Below are positions 1 through 8,964 of a DNA stretch of 20,065 bases, one piece after another; positions within the stretch are counted from its first letter, which is position 1; the number at the start of each line of letters is the position of its first letter. Under the pieces are notes generated by a model. That model made no database searches, had not been told where the DNA came from, and was given only the letters and a program-made list of their open reading frames with translations. Where the stretch lies: contig DAOVET010000044.1 of NCBI GenBank assembly GCA_030668825.1, positions 1 through 20,065 on the forward strand, written 5' to 3'. A program made the position numbers and the translations under genes. Source of the stretch: Candidatus Heimdallarchaeota archaeon (GTDB lineage: Archaea > Asgardarchaeota > Heimdallarchaeia > Heimdallarchaeales > Heimdallarchaeaceae).

Positions 1-804
1 AATACCATTGCTGATATTGATGAGAGTATTTGAATGAATTACCACATCTTCCATATTACTTACGGTAATAGCTGTTTCAGATATGTTTGCACAGAAATTA
101 TTCCTAATATTACACAAAACAGAATACCCTACAGAAAGAAAATTGTCAATATTTACAATTTCATTATCTTCTACAAGTAGATTGTGGCTATTCCAAGAAC
201 AGGACAAAAAAGAATGATCACAATCATAAGCCTGATTATTGGTAACTTCGCAATTAGTTGATTCGCTTATCAGAATGGCTTTCCTAACTTGCTCAAAAGT
301 GTTGTTTTGAATCAGACATTCATTTGAAAAGTACCAGTTTTGAATGCCGATTTTAACATTATTAAACTGATTATTTCTAATAACACAACTAGATGAATTA
401 TCAATATATATACCCTTACCTGTTTCAATATTGTGGAATTTATTATTTTCAAATATTGCCGTTCCAGGAGCTATACTTTTAATAAATATTCCATTAATTA
501 CTGTGTCAAAGGTACAGTTTTTAATCTTGAAATACTTTGTAGTGAGCTTAATTATAATTCCCCATTCTCCATTATTGGATATTTCAAGTGATTCTAACAA
601 GTATGGATTCGAAATTGTACCATTTCCTAGAAATCCATAATCTGTAAAGTTAGAATCATACTGAATGACAATTGATGAAGATGTTATTGTAGGAGAAATA
701 GGCGTATTTACCTTACTAAATACAGTATTCTTCTCAAGAATAGGACTAATTCCCAGAATGGTTGATATCAGAATTATAGCTACAATCTTGGATTTTTTAT
801 TCAA
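1..804 (-). CDS. Secreted right-handed parallel beta-helix (NosD/CASH-like) surface protein, runs off the window edge
   Basis: Not in the ORF track. Manual translation from TTG at 804 gives MNKKSKIVAIILISTILGISP...IVIQYDSNFTDYGFLGNGTISNPYLLE, a signal peptide plus the same motif as 10167..12467 (IVIVNDDNFTDYGFLGSGTSEEPYLIE). GGAG lies just upstream and a TATA-like box about 30 nt upstream. Confidence 0.85.
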   Translation of the reverse strand, partial: MNKKSKIVAIILISTILGISPILEKNTVFSKVNTPISPTITSSSIVIQYDSNFTDYGFLGNGTISNPYLLESLEISNNGEWGIIIKLTTKYFKIKNCTFDTVINGIFIKSIAPGTAIFENNKFHNIETGKGIYIDNSSSCVIRNNQFNNVKIGIQNWYFSNECLIQNNTFEQVRKAILISESTNCEVTNNQAYDCDHSFLSCSWNSHNLLVEDNEIVNIDNFLSVGYSVLCNIRNNFCANISETAITVSNMEDVVIHSNTLINISNGI

Positions 805-1191
805 AGTTAGATAATCTCCAATATTTTTACTCCTTATATATTTGTAACCTACGCTAATAAGAGTTTCTTGAAACGAAGCATCGAGCTCGAATCCCTTTCT
901 GTTCAAGAAGAAAACCCTTTTAGGTTTCAGGTATCCTTTTTTCAAGCTTCTTCGTACTGATTATTAGTTAAACACTTGATGAAAAATGACTTGGCATAAA
1001 ATTTCTGTGGTGCTTATAATACCAAGACTCTTCTAGTACTTTGATAGGCAAAAATTACATTCGTTGCCTCTAATCCGTTGCCAGTTAATTCTTTGCTTAT
1101 CACTAAAAGGAAAAAGGAGTGAAGAGAAGAAGATATTTAGTTTTTTGAAATCTTGTTCGAATTCTTCGGAGCAATTATACACGTTGTACAG

Positions 1192-1243
1192 CCAGTGGTT
1201 CCTCTATTGGTTTAAGCAATAGGACTAGAAGAGGAACCATTGG
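1192..1243 (+). repeat. Inverted repeat / long stem-loop upstream of tnpB
   Basis: CCAGTGGTTCCTCT (1192-1205) pairs with AGAGGAACCATTGG (1230-1243): 14 bp with one G-U. An inner CTATTG/CAATAG pairing is possible, and TTTTT follows. Confidence 0.8.
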
Positions 1244-1299
1244 TTTTTGATCATTCGATAATGGTTTCAGTGTTTATTAAACACTTACAATTTTAAGAG

Positions 1300-2868
1300 G
1301 TGAAATTCATGAAATTTGAAGAAAATAATAAACAAAAAAAACTAAAAAATGGAAAACAAAAAGATGAGAAAAGTGGAAAAACAAATTGCACACTTCAAGC
1401 ACCATTTGTCCCCATTTACAATACTGTTAAACTCAGGATAAAGACAGAACAGATGACTGCTCGAAAGTGTGATAGGTTGAGGTTAATTACTGAACGAGAT
1501 ACTCGAATCTGCAACGACTACTTACGAATCATCAAATACAACGAGGAGAAAGTACTTCAAAACAATGGACAAGTCAACAAATCCTTGTTGGATAAATTGA
1601 CTTTAACAACTTCTTTCAGAACAAATCACAAACTACGAACAACTGTTCCTCACGACTTGAAGAAGCGTTACCCTCGCTGTTCCCATGATGAATTCACCGA
1701 ATGCAGAGATAAAGCTATCTGGACTTATGAAAGCTGGAAAACACTACAGAGTCTTACCAAAAAGGAGCTGAATAGACCACGATTCAAGGAGAAAAACCCT
1801 CGAAGGCAGTCAATAAATAGAGATAAGTTTCGAGTGATTTATACTCACAAGAATACCATTGCTAAAATTTGGCTAGCATTAAGGGATTCTCTTGATACGA
1901 AACGATCTGGTAAATCAAACCATAAGAAACTTTGGCTACCTTTAGCATTTTCACCTTATCACGAAAAGAAGATGAAACTAGGGAAAATAAAAACGTTGGA
2001 ACTAGTATATTATCCAGAAACCAAACAGTGGTGGGCACATTTCACCCTTCAATATACTGTCCCTCTTTATCAATCTACAAAACCACCAGCTGTGTTGGGA
2101 GTAGATCTAGGGATAAAGAAAACAGCTGTTGCGGTGTTACTTACCCCCTCTGGGAAAGTAATCATGGATAATATCCGCTTCATCGTTGATAAGGAACGAC
2201 AACACAAGATACGCCATCTGGATAACCGGATTAAGTCTATTCAAAGACTGTTAAATATTCGCAACAACAACGGTCAACCTACTAAACAGCTTAATGCCAA
2301 ACTCTACAACCTACGTAGAAGACTTCGCTCTGTCATAGAACAGGAACTGGGATATGCTGTTAACCAACTAGTTAACTTTATTCTCCAGTTGAAAAAGCGA
2401 TATAACCTGTTTATCTCAGTAGGTTATCCTAAGGAGATTCGGAAAAGTCACCCTCGTGGTAGCGGAAACAAATCCTTACGAAGTTGGGTGCACAAGTGGG
2501 GCTTCCGTCTCTTTGTCACTAAACTGAAGCACAAACTTGCTCTTTATGGATTTGAATCCTATCGAGTGGTAGCGATTGGTGAAAGCTGGACCTCGAAACA
2601 ATGTTCAAAGTGTAATTCACGTAACACTATCCGTATAGGTCAAGGACAGTTCAATTGCCATGATTGCGGTTATGAACTAGATGCTGATTTGAATGGGGCA
2701 AGAAACATTGGAAAAAGGTTGATACAATATGTGTTAAAAACAAAGTATGGTTTTACAAGAATTGGAGACAAACTTTCAGGTGACTACTACCCGATAACAC
2801 TTTTTAAGTGTTTACAGCCTTTAGGTCAGTGGCTTAAAGATTCTACTAAGAATCCCTCGTCTCTCTAG
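1300..2868 (+). CDS. tnpB: TnpB/Cas12f-like RNA-guided endonuclease with rearranged RuvC-II
   Basis: RuvC-I VLGVDLGIKK (D269). RuvC-II position ISVGYP (G375) with an alternative Glu in IGESWTSK (E428). Zinc finger CSKC...CHDC. RuvC-III DADLNGARNI (D463). GAGGTGA RBS suggests the real start is ATG 1309. Confidence 0.92.
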   Translation: MKFMKFEENNKQKKLKNGKQKDEKSGKTNCTLQAPFVPIYNTVKLRIKTEQMTARKCDRLRLITERDTRICNDYLRIIKYNEEKVLQNNGQVNKSLLDKLTLTTSFRTNHKLRTTVPHDLKKRYPRCSHDEFTECRDKAIWTYESWKTLQSLTKKELNRPRFKEKNPRRQSINRDKFRVIYTHKNTIAKIWLALRDSLDTKRSGKSNHKKLWLPLAFSPYHEKKMKLGKIKTLELVYYPETKQWWAHFTLQYTVPLYQSTKPPAVLGVDLGIKKTAVAVLLTPSGKVIMDNIRFIVDKERQHKIRHLDNRIKSIQRLLNIRNNNGQPTKQLNAKLYNLRRRLRSVIEQELGYAVNQLVNFILQLKKRYNLFISVGYPKEIRKSHPRGSGNKSLRSWVHKWGFRLFVTKLKHKLALYGFESYRVVAIGESWTSKQCSKCNSRNTIRIGQGQFNCHDCGYELDADLNGARNIGKRLIQYVLKTKYGFTRIGDKLSGDYYPITLFKCLQPLGQWLKDSTKNPSSL

Positions 2869-3040
2869 ATTCGATGGGCTTGGTCGAGAATCCGTCATCT
2901 ATTTAGATTCGACAGGTTCGGTAATGAGTGTCCATTAGCAAGAGATGAATCCTTTGAACAGATTAATAGCATAGTATGCCTCTGTTCCAAAAAACCAGCA
3001 CTGATACAATATGAATTGATTATCTTTTCATTTTGTACAG
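2869..3040 (+). ncRNA. Putative omegaRNA (reRNA) scaffold of the TnpB; may start within the ORF 3' end
   Basis: Several stems lie right after the stop: GTCGA/TCGAC (2883-2913), TCATCT/AGATGA (2895-2948), TAATG/CATTA (2922-2937) and GAACAGA/TCTGTTC (2956-2987). This position is typical for TnpB guide RNAs. Confidence 0.5.
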
Positions 3041-3540
3041 TTTTGCTACTACGGAGAATTCTGTTTCTTCAATATTACGCTGGTTTAGGATGAGTCTTGA
3101 GAGGACCTTCCTGAATACTGTAAAAGGTTTTTGGGGAGAGAATAACTCATGCAAAGTTCTTTCAACACATATCTCAATGCAATCTGTAGAACTTGAATCA
3201 TTACATTGCTTTCCTACATCTCCCCCCTTTTTTCCTTTTTTTCTTCAAATGTACTTATATCAATTGCTTGGCCTCCTTGAAAACCAGAAATAGCTTTTGG
3301 GAAAGAATAACTTCCGGGAGTCTTAAGGTCAAAAAAAGGATTATTATTTACTTTCCATCTTTTATTAAGTGGTTTTTGATTCAAGTAAAGTATCTCTAGA
3401 TTTGCTGAAGAGTAAGCATCGAATATGTGAGATTACTTATGATGCAGAAGCAATTGAAAAACCTTCATAATAATTACAATATTGCCAAACTTATACAGAT
3501 TCTCTGATAGTTATTCTCAAACATATTTATACAAACAAAA

Positions 3541-3978
3541 CTATTCATCCAGAATCCGCTTTGAAAAATCATAAATCAGCAAACTATCACATTCATAATT
3601 GGATACAAATTTCTCCGCTCGTTCTAACCACAAGGCTAGAAGATCCTTATCTACTTGTTTCATTGAAATTAATGTACTCAGTACTTTGCAGGGGAGTCTA
3701 GAAGTCAAAAGAGGATTATCATTAACCTCCCATGCAAGTGAATAATAACCTACAGCGAGGTCTAAATCATCTTTTACAGTGTGTAAATTTCCTAAATAGA
3801 AATAGGAGAGGGAAGAATGAGGTGAAGAGAGTGAAAGTTCCTGAAAAAACAATATCGCTGAATCAATGTCTCCTTCTTGAATCAAATCTAAACCTATGTT
3901 AATTAATGTCTGATATTCAAAATCAAATAGTGAAAAAAATTGTGTTTGTTTTGTTTCTTGTTTTTCGAGATTAAGCAT
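3541..3978 (-). CDS. Small tetratricopeptide-repeat (TPR)-like protein
   Basis: Helix pair LINIGLDLIQEGDIDSAILFFQE...SYFYLGNLHTVKDDLDLAVGYYSLAWEVN fits the TPR consensus. ATG 3978 is preferred over 4089 because TTTTATA lies about 35 nt upstream. Confidence 0.65.
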   Translation of the reverse strand: MLNLEKQETKQTQFFSLFDFEYQTLINIGLDLIQEGDIDSAILFFQELSLSSPHSSLSYFYLGNLHTVKDDLDLAVGYYSLAWEVNDNPLLTSRLPCKVLSTLISMKQVDKDLLALWLERAEKFVSNYECDSLLIYDFSKRILDE

Positions 3979-4263
3979 GATTACTTTCGACAAAGAGTCT
4001 AAAAGTTCAGTATAAAAACCCAAAGAATTTACGGCTATTTTTAGATTTAACAAATATAAGTGTTTCAATAAAGCTCTAGATAGATACAATAAATCCAGAA
4101 TATTTCATTCCTATTCATTTTGCAGAAGGGGCGGATTTAATGTTTCTAAATTATTATGGGACAACTATAGAAAATTGTGGTTGCGAAATTGTTCATCTAA
4201 ATTATTTTGAATCAATCAAATTCAAAATATAACAACCCAGAGAGCAGAACTAGAAAATTAAAT

Positions 4264-5259
4264 TCACTGCCCTTTTATATCTTTCAAATACCAGTTATAA
4301 GTTTCTGTTAAAGCTTCTTCGAATGTTTTCTTACTAGTAACACCCAGTATGCTTTCGATTTTCTCTGTATTCACTATTCTAGTCTTTCCCATCTGATTGA
4401 CTCTATATCTATCTAACAAAGGTTTTTTCTTGAAAAGTTTCCATTGTAGCTCTCCAAAGAAACCAATAAGCATAGCAATGTTATAATTTAGGTTGAAAGA
4501 ATTAAGCTTTGTTTTACATATTTTAGCAGCTGTTTCAAATAGTTCGCGTCTAGTAAGAATAAAACTAGTGTGATTAAATATTTCCCCTCTGGCTTTATCT
4601 ACTGCTTCCATTTTTATCAAAGCTTCAACAACATCTTCAACATAGCTATAAGAAAAAATCACTTTACCCTTGCTGATGAAAGGAATTTTTCTATTGCTCT
4701 CGATTAAATTAAATACTGTTGGAGCCCAGTGATCACCCGGGCCAAAAATGATAGGAGGCCTTAATGCTGATGCTTTAAATCCAAATTCCTCAGCAAACTT
4801 GAATACTTCTTGTTCCCCTAAATACTTACTTTCTCTGTATCCTGGAATCAAATCAACTCTAAAAGATTCATCTATTGGATAATCAGGGAATTTAAAGCCA
4901 TAAACACCTAAAGTAGACATATAGATGAATTTCTTTGAACCAGCTCTAATAAACTCATCAAGCAGATTCTTAGTTCCAATATGATTTATTCTGTAAAAAC
5001 TAGGCAATGGTGCAAGATCATCTACAACAGCTGCTAGATGAAAAACTGATTCAACGTCATCTAAACATCCTACTAAGCTTTCTTTCGAATCAAGATTCCC
5101 AAAGAATAACTCTATTTCATATTTATTTAATGTCTCACATTTCTCTTTTTCACTGGGAAGAACCAATGCTGATATTCTTTCGTCTGGGTATCTTTTCCTG
5201 ATTTCCTTCACTAAATTAGTACCTAGGAAACCAGTTATACCTGTAATGAGTATTGACAT
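4264..5259 (-). CDS. NAD-dependent epimerase/dehydratase (extended SDR, 3-beta-HSD-like)
   Basis: ITGITGFLG Rossmann motif, HLAA, YMSTLGVYG, catalytic YRESK and LRPPIIFGPGD. Confidence 0.92.
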   Translation of the reverse strand: MSILITGITGFLGTNLVKEIRKRYPDERISALVLPSEKEKCETLNKYEIELFFGNLDSKESLVGCLDDVESVFHLAAVVDDLAPLPSFYRINHIGTKNLLDEFIRAGSKKFIYMSTLGVYGFKFPDYPIDESFRVDLIPGYRESKYLGEQEVFKFAEEFGFKASALRPPIIFGPGDHWAPTVFNLIESNRKIPFISKGKVIFSYSYVEDVVEALIKMEAVDKARGEIFNHTSFILTRRELFETAAKICKTKLNSFNLNYNIAMLIGFFGELQWKLFKKKPLLDRYRVNQMGKTRIVNTEKIESILGVTSKKTFEEALTETYNWYLKDIKGQ

Positions 5260-5346
5260 GATAAATATTAGAATCGACTTTCAGATTAAAAATACTTCTA
5301 CTAACCAATCATTTTACATAAAAAGAGGAAAAAAAAGAAAAAAAGT

Positions 5347-6831
5347 TTATTCTTTCTTGAATATTTTTCGAAGGCCAATCACAATAAGACCTTTTTCTCT
5401 TCCAGATAGTTTCCTGTAATCAATCCATTCTACTTCATTTAATATTTTCTTGAAATTTAGTTTGTCTGGTTTCTCCTTAGTTGAAAGACTGCTTAATCTT
5501 TGGATCATCCACTCGAAGCTTAGAACGAAATTAAATCTAGCCCATATCCAAACAATAAGATCAAAGAATAGAACCGTAACGAAAGCGAGAAGCAGAACCC
5601 AGTATTCTCCACCTTGACCAAATTGACCACTTAATAAATTGACAGTTTTGAATGCCGGATTAAAGATAGCATATGGAACAAGATGGTAGATTTGTAAAAC
5701 GAAAATGGATAATGAGAGAACGCCCCAAATTCTGAAATATTTGACAATAATGTTATTTCCAAATTTCTGAGATTTTCCTCTAAATTCTACAAGCCAGAGA
5801 AGAAGAGTCATCAGTCCTACCTGACTAGCTAAAAGCATGAAGAAAAATGGAAATGTCGGACGTTCAAAATTGATGTCAAAGTGCATAAAAGTAGCAGTTA
5901 TACCTCCTATTACGCCCAGAATAATAGTTATGAGTAAACCCCATAGAGGTAATCTCTTAGGTGGTTTTTCCATTGCTAAAACAATACCGAAACCTACTCC
6001 AACAAGGGAAGTTATTAAATAGGGAAACAGAGGGTAGTAATCTCCAGTTAAAACCATCATTAAATACGTTCCAAAACTTGCATTTTCAACTTGCATATCC
6101 ATACTTGGCCACGTAAGGTGATATACATTTTCAGATGCGGATGCAGGAATAAGCCAGTTTATCTGTTCTGAAGCATACCATAAGAAAGGAGTAGTAACTG
6201 CTATAACAACAATTAACCCTAGAACAATGAACAAATTCCTTTTCACTTTCTTATATCCACCATTTCTATTTAAGAAGAAAAGAACAATAGCGATAATTAT
6301 CATAAGATAGCCTATTATTTGAAGAGCTTCCATACGGAAGATTTGAGTCCAAATCTTTGACACTATAGCTGAATCTGCCCAAGTAGAAGCTGTGAAAGGT
6401 TTTCCCGTCTTAATTAGACTTCCGAAATAGCCATAATAACCAAAAGATTCAGCTATAAAACCAGCAATAAGAATCCCAAAACCAGTCATAATCTGTTTAA
6501 GAAAGACTCTAGAAGTAGCATCACCACGAGAAACTCTTTTTACAAAAGAAACAGTATTGACTACTCCTGAAACAAGGATAAAGATACCAACCCAATTACC
6601 AAAAAATCCCGAAAAGAGGATAAAGATGGCAAAAAAGGGATTAGTAATTTGAAAAATATTTTCAATCCCTGCATCAAAAACCCAGCTGTAATCATACTTA
6701 TGATTGAAAACATGAAGGAAGACCATCATCCAAATAGCAAGACCTCTAAGGAAGTCAATAGAAGCAATACGCTTCATTCTTTTAGAAGAATTTACTTCTT
6801 CAGTTTTTAAATCTGTGCTCATCGCTACCAC
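5347..6831 (-). CDS. Multi-pass membrane acyltransferase-like protein (DUF1624/HGSNAT-like)
   Basis: RIASIDFLRGLAIWMMVFLH N-terminal signature, ALQIIG, YYPLFPY, GVLSLSIFVLQ and many hydrophobic helices. Confidence 0.8.
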   Translation of the reverse strand: MVAMSTDLKTEEVNSSKRMKRIASIDFLRGLAIWMMVFLHVFNHKYDYSWVFDAGIENIFQITNPFFAIFILFSGFFGNWVGIFILVSGVVNTVSFVKRVSRGDATSRVFLKQIMTGFGILIAGFIAESFGYYGYFGSLIKTGKPFTASTWADSAIVSKIWTQIFRMEALQIIGYLMIIIAIVLFFLNRNGGYKKVKRNLFIVLGLIVVIAVTTPFLWYASEQINWLIPASASENVYHLTWPSMDMQVENASFGTYLMMVLTGDYYPLFPYLITSLVGVGFGIVLAMEKPPKRLPLWGLLITIILGVIGGITATFMHFDINFERPTFPFFFMLLASQVGLMTLLLWLVEFRGKSQKFGNNIIVKYFRIWGVLSLSIFVLQIYHLVPYAIFNPAFKTVNLLSGQFGQGGEYWVLLLAFVTVLFFDLIVWIWARFNFVLSFEWMIQRLSSLSTKEKPDKLNFKKILNEVEWIDYRKLSGREKGLIVIGLRKIFKKE

Positions 6832-7107
6832 ATCAAGAATTATGGGAAAAAAAATAGTTCACAGCTATAAAAATCTAACCCGAAATAATTGAGATGTTGT
6901 TAAATATAGAAAACTCGCAAAAATATATTATTCTTTATTCCATAGTATCTTAAAATAACAAAAAATTATGCTAACTTGGCAGTAACTCGAAGAGATTAAC
7001 ATTTGTCTTTAACCCATTGCACCTTTTTTCAGGTTTTTAATTAACTGAAAAACTGCATATTTAAATGTGTTAATCAAGATTTATAATTGAACCATGAAGG
7101 ATGTAAA

Positions 7108-7797
7108 ATGAAATTAAAAGAAATAGTGATGAAAATTGCATTAATTTCAATCTCAGTTTGGGTTTATGTACCAATAATAGCAGGACTTATTACTCTAATG
7201 ATATGGGTAATACCGTTAGCTTATACCTCTTGGTTTCTTTTTCAATCTTTTGGACCATTTCGATGGATAGAAACAATTTATTCTATAGGTCTTCCTTTTG
7301 AAATTTTTATGTTTGTTTTTGAGACTATAGCTTTTATAGGTGGGCTGACTTTGGTTTTCTGGGGTTTCAGTCACATAGTGAAAGCTCGAAAAAATAATAT
7401 AAAAATAACTCAAACAGGTCCTTATAAATATATTCGTCATCCCCAAAACTTGGGAATTATTCTGATTTCATTCCCTTTTGCTTTAATGATTCCTGGTTAT
7501 GATCATGGGATAAGGGTAGGTGATGTTCTTTCGTGGGTTTTCTTCTGTTTTCTTCTTATTATCTGGTCTGATGTCGAAGAAAGAAAATTACAAAAAGAAC
7601 ATCCAGAAGAATTTGTAGAATATAAATCCAAAACTGGATACTTTTTTCCTAGAATTAGAGAAAAACAACCTTTAATAATTCAGAAAAAGAAATACTACTA
7701 CTTTATTCGTTATTTAAGCTTTATTTTTACCTATTGTATGATAGTTCTAATTGCGCTTCTTTTTACAAAGTATGTTCCAGGGCTTCTTGTTCGTTAA
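7108..7797 (+). CDS. Isoprenylcysteine carboxyl methyltransferase / PEMT-family membrane methyltransferase, copy 1
   Basis: TGPYKYIRHPQNLG and EERKL...EEFVEYKSKTGYFFP motifs. Start set at ATG 7108 by alignment with copy 2. Confidence 0.85.
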   Translation: MKLKEIVMKIALISISVWVYVPIIAGLITLMIWVIPLAYTSWFLFQSFGPFRWIETIYSIGLPFEIFMFVFETIAFIGGLTLVFWGFSHIVKARKNNIKITQTGPYKYIRHPQNLGIILISFPFALMIPGYDHGIRVGDVLSWVFFCFLLIIWSDVEERKLQKEHPEEFVEYKSKTGYFFPRIREKQPLIIQKKKYYYFIRYLSFIFTYCMIVLIALLFTKYVPGLLVR

Positions 7798-7819
7798 ATG
7801 AAAATATGAAGGATGTAAA

Positions 7820-8539
7820 ATGAAATTAAAAGAAATAGTAAAAAAAATCGCTTTAATTTCAATCTCACTTTGGGTTTATGTACCAATAATAGCTGGACTT
7901 ATTACTCAAATGTTATACATGATACCTTTAGCTTATACCTCTTGGGTTCTTTTTCTATCTTTAGGCTACGCTAGTTGGGCAGATTTGATTTATATCTTTG
8001 GTCTTGGGGGGAAATATCTTCCTCTTGGAATTTTTTTATTCGTTTTTGAGTGTATTATATTTGTTGTTGGGTTGACTCTGTTTTTCTGGGGTTTCATTCA
8101 TATAGTACGAGTCAGAAAAAACGATATCAATATAGCTCAAACAGGTCCTTACAATTACATTCGTCATCCACAACACTTGGGAATCATTCTCATATCACTT
8201 CCTTTTGCTTTATGGATAATCCCTAGGTTTGATTCAGGAATCTTGATAAGTATCCGTATAGGTGATATTCTTTCGTGGGTTTTATTCTGTTTTGTTCTTA
8301 TTATCTGGTCTGATGTCGAAGAAAGAAAATTGCAAAAAACATATCCAGAAGAGTTTGCAACTTATAAAACCAGAACCGGGTTCTTCTTCCCAAAAATAAG
8401 AAATCAAAAAACACTGAAAATTCAAAAGAAAAAATATTATTATCTTATTCGCTATCTAAGCTTTTTCCTCATTTATTGTATAGTAGCATTAATTATGTAC
8501 TTAATTACAAGGTATATTCCTGGAAGTGTTTCTCGATAA
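7820..8539 (+). CDS. Isoprenylcysteine carboxyl methyltransferase / PEMT-family membrane methyltransferase, copy 2
   Basis: TGPYNYIRHPQHLG and EERKL...YKTRTGFFFP motifs. Tandem paralogue sharing the upstream ATGAAGGATGTAAA. Confidence 0.85.
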   Translation: MKLKEIVKKIALISISLWVYVPIIAGLITQMLYMIPLAYTSWVLFLSLGYASWADLIYIFGLGGKYLPLGIFLFVFECIIFVVGLTLFFWGFIHIVRVRKNDINIAQTGPYNYIRHPQHLGIILISLPFALWIIPRFDSGILISIRIGDILSWVLFCFVLIIWSDVEERKLQKTYPEEFATYKTRTGFFFPKIRNQKTLKIQKKKYYYLIRYLSFFLIYCIVALIMYLITRYIPGSVSR

Positions 8540-8626
8540 AAAAGTGAAATTTAGCTTAGTCTAGAATAAAAGATGAGTGAAATATATATTCCAAAACTGG
8601 AGTTTCTAAAAAATAAAAAGCAGGGT

Positions 8627-8866
8627 TTAATTTAACCCTATAATGTCTCCATCTTCAGTGTAATCCATTCTGTTAGCAGCTGGAACAGGAGGTAATCCAG
8701 GCAGCGAGAACATGCTACTACAGATAGGAACGTTGAGACGAGCACCAGTGTATAAAAGGACCTCGTCCACGTTTAGAGTCCAATCAATAGGAGCACCCAT
8801 TAAACCTACTTTGTCAGTGAGACTTAATTGGGTTTTAGCCATACACATTGGGAAGTCAGCAAAACC
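8627..8866 (-). pseudogene. fhs: Orphan 3' fragment of fhs (last 79 codons plus stop), remnant R1
   Basis: Collinear with 16863-17102 (GFADFPMCMAKTQ...DYTEDGDIIGLN*). By hand alignment, 26 codons differ synonymously and 9 non-synonymously. Similarity extends about 35 nt past the stop, to about 8591. Confidence 0.95.
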
Positions 8867-8964
8867 AGCGTGAAATGCATCCTCAGTAGCATTATACCTT
8901 AACTCAACTGCTATATTTATGTTTATAAAATAGAAAAAGAATAGAATAAGTGTAAGATGATAAA

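Larger units (their letters stand above)
1184..3040 (+). mobile_element. Putative non-autonomous IS200/IS605/IS607-superfamily element carrying only tnpB (boundaries tentative)
   Basis: The tnpB ORF is flanked by a strong hairpin (1192-1243) and a structured 3' region. TTGTACAG occurs at 1184-1191 and 3033-3040. No tnpA is visible. Confidence 0.5.

Noticed and set aside
431-640. 69-aa plus-strand ORF
   Set aside because: Antisense shadow of the beta-helix gene at 1..804 (-).
865-977. Short inverted repeats, a T-loop-like CTCGAATCCC, and a TTAAACACTT also found at 1277
   Set aside because: No cloverleaf, and the matches are short enough to arise by chance in AT-rich DNA.
3033-3399. Two short plus-strand ORFs and a short minus-strand open frame after tnpB
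   Set aside because: No recognisable family, poor starts and homopolymer-rich sequence. Not a tnpA.
850-3540. CRISPR array or cas genes accompanying the Cas12f-sized nuclease
   Set aside because: No regularly spaced repeats, and no cas1, cas2 or cas4 visible.
4264-8539. SDR, ICMT-like pair and distant IDI-2 as a sterol/prenylation cluster
   Set aside because: The genes are divergent or far apart and the family assignments are too general to infer a pathway.
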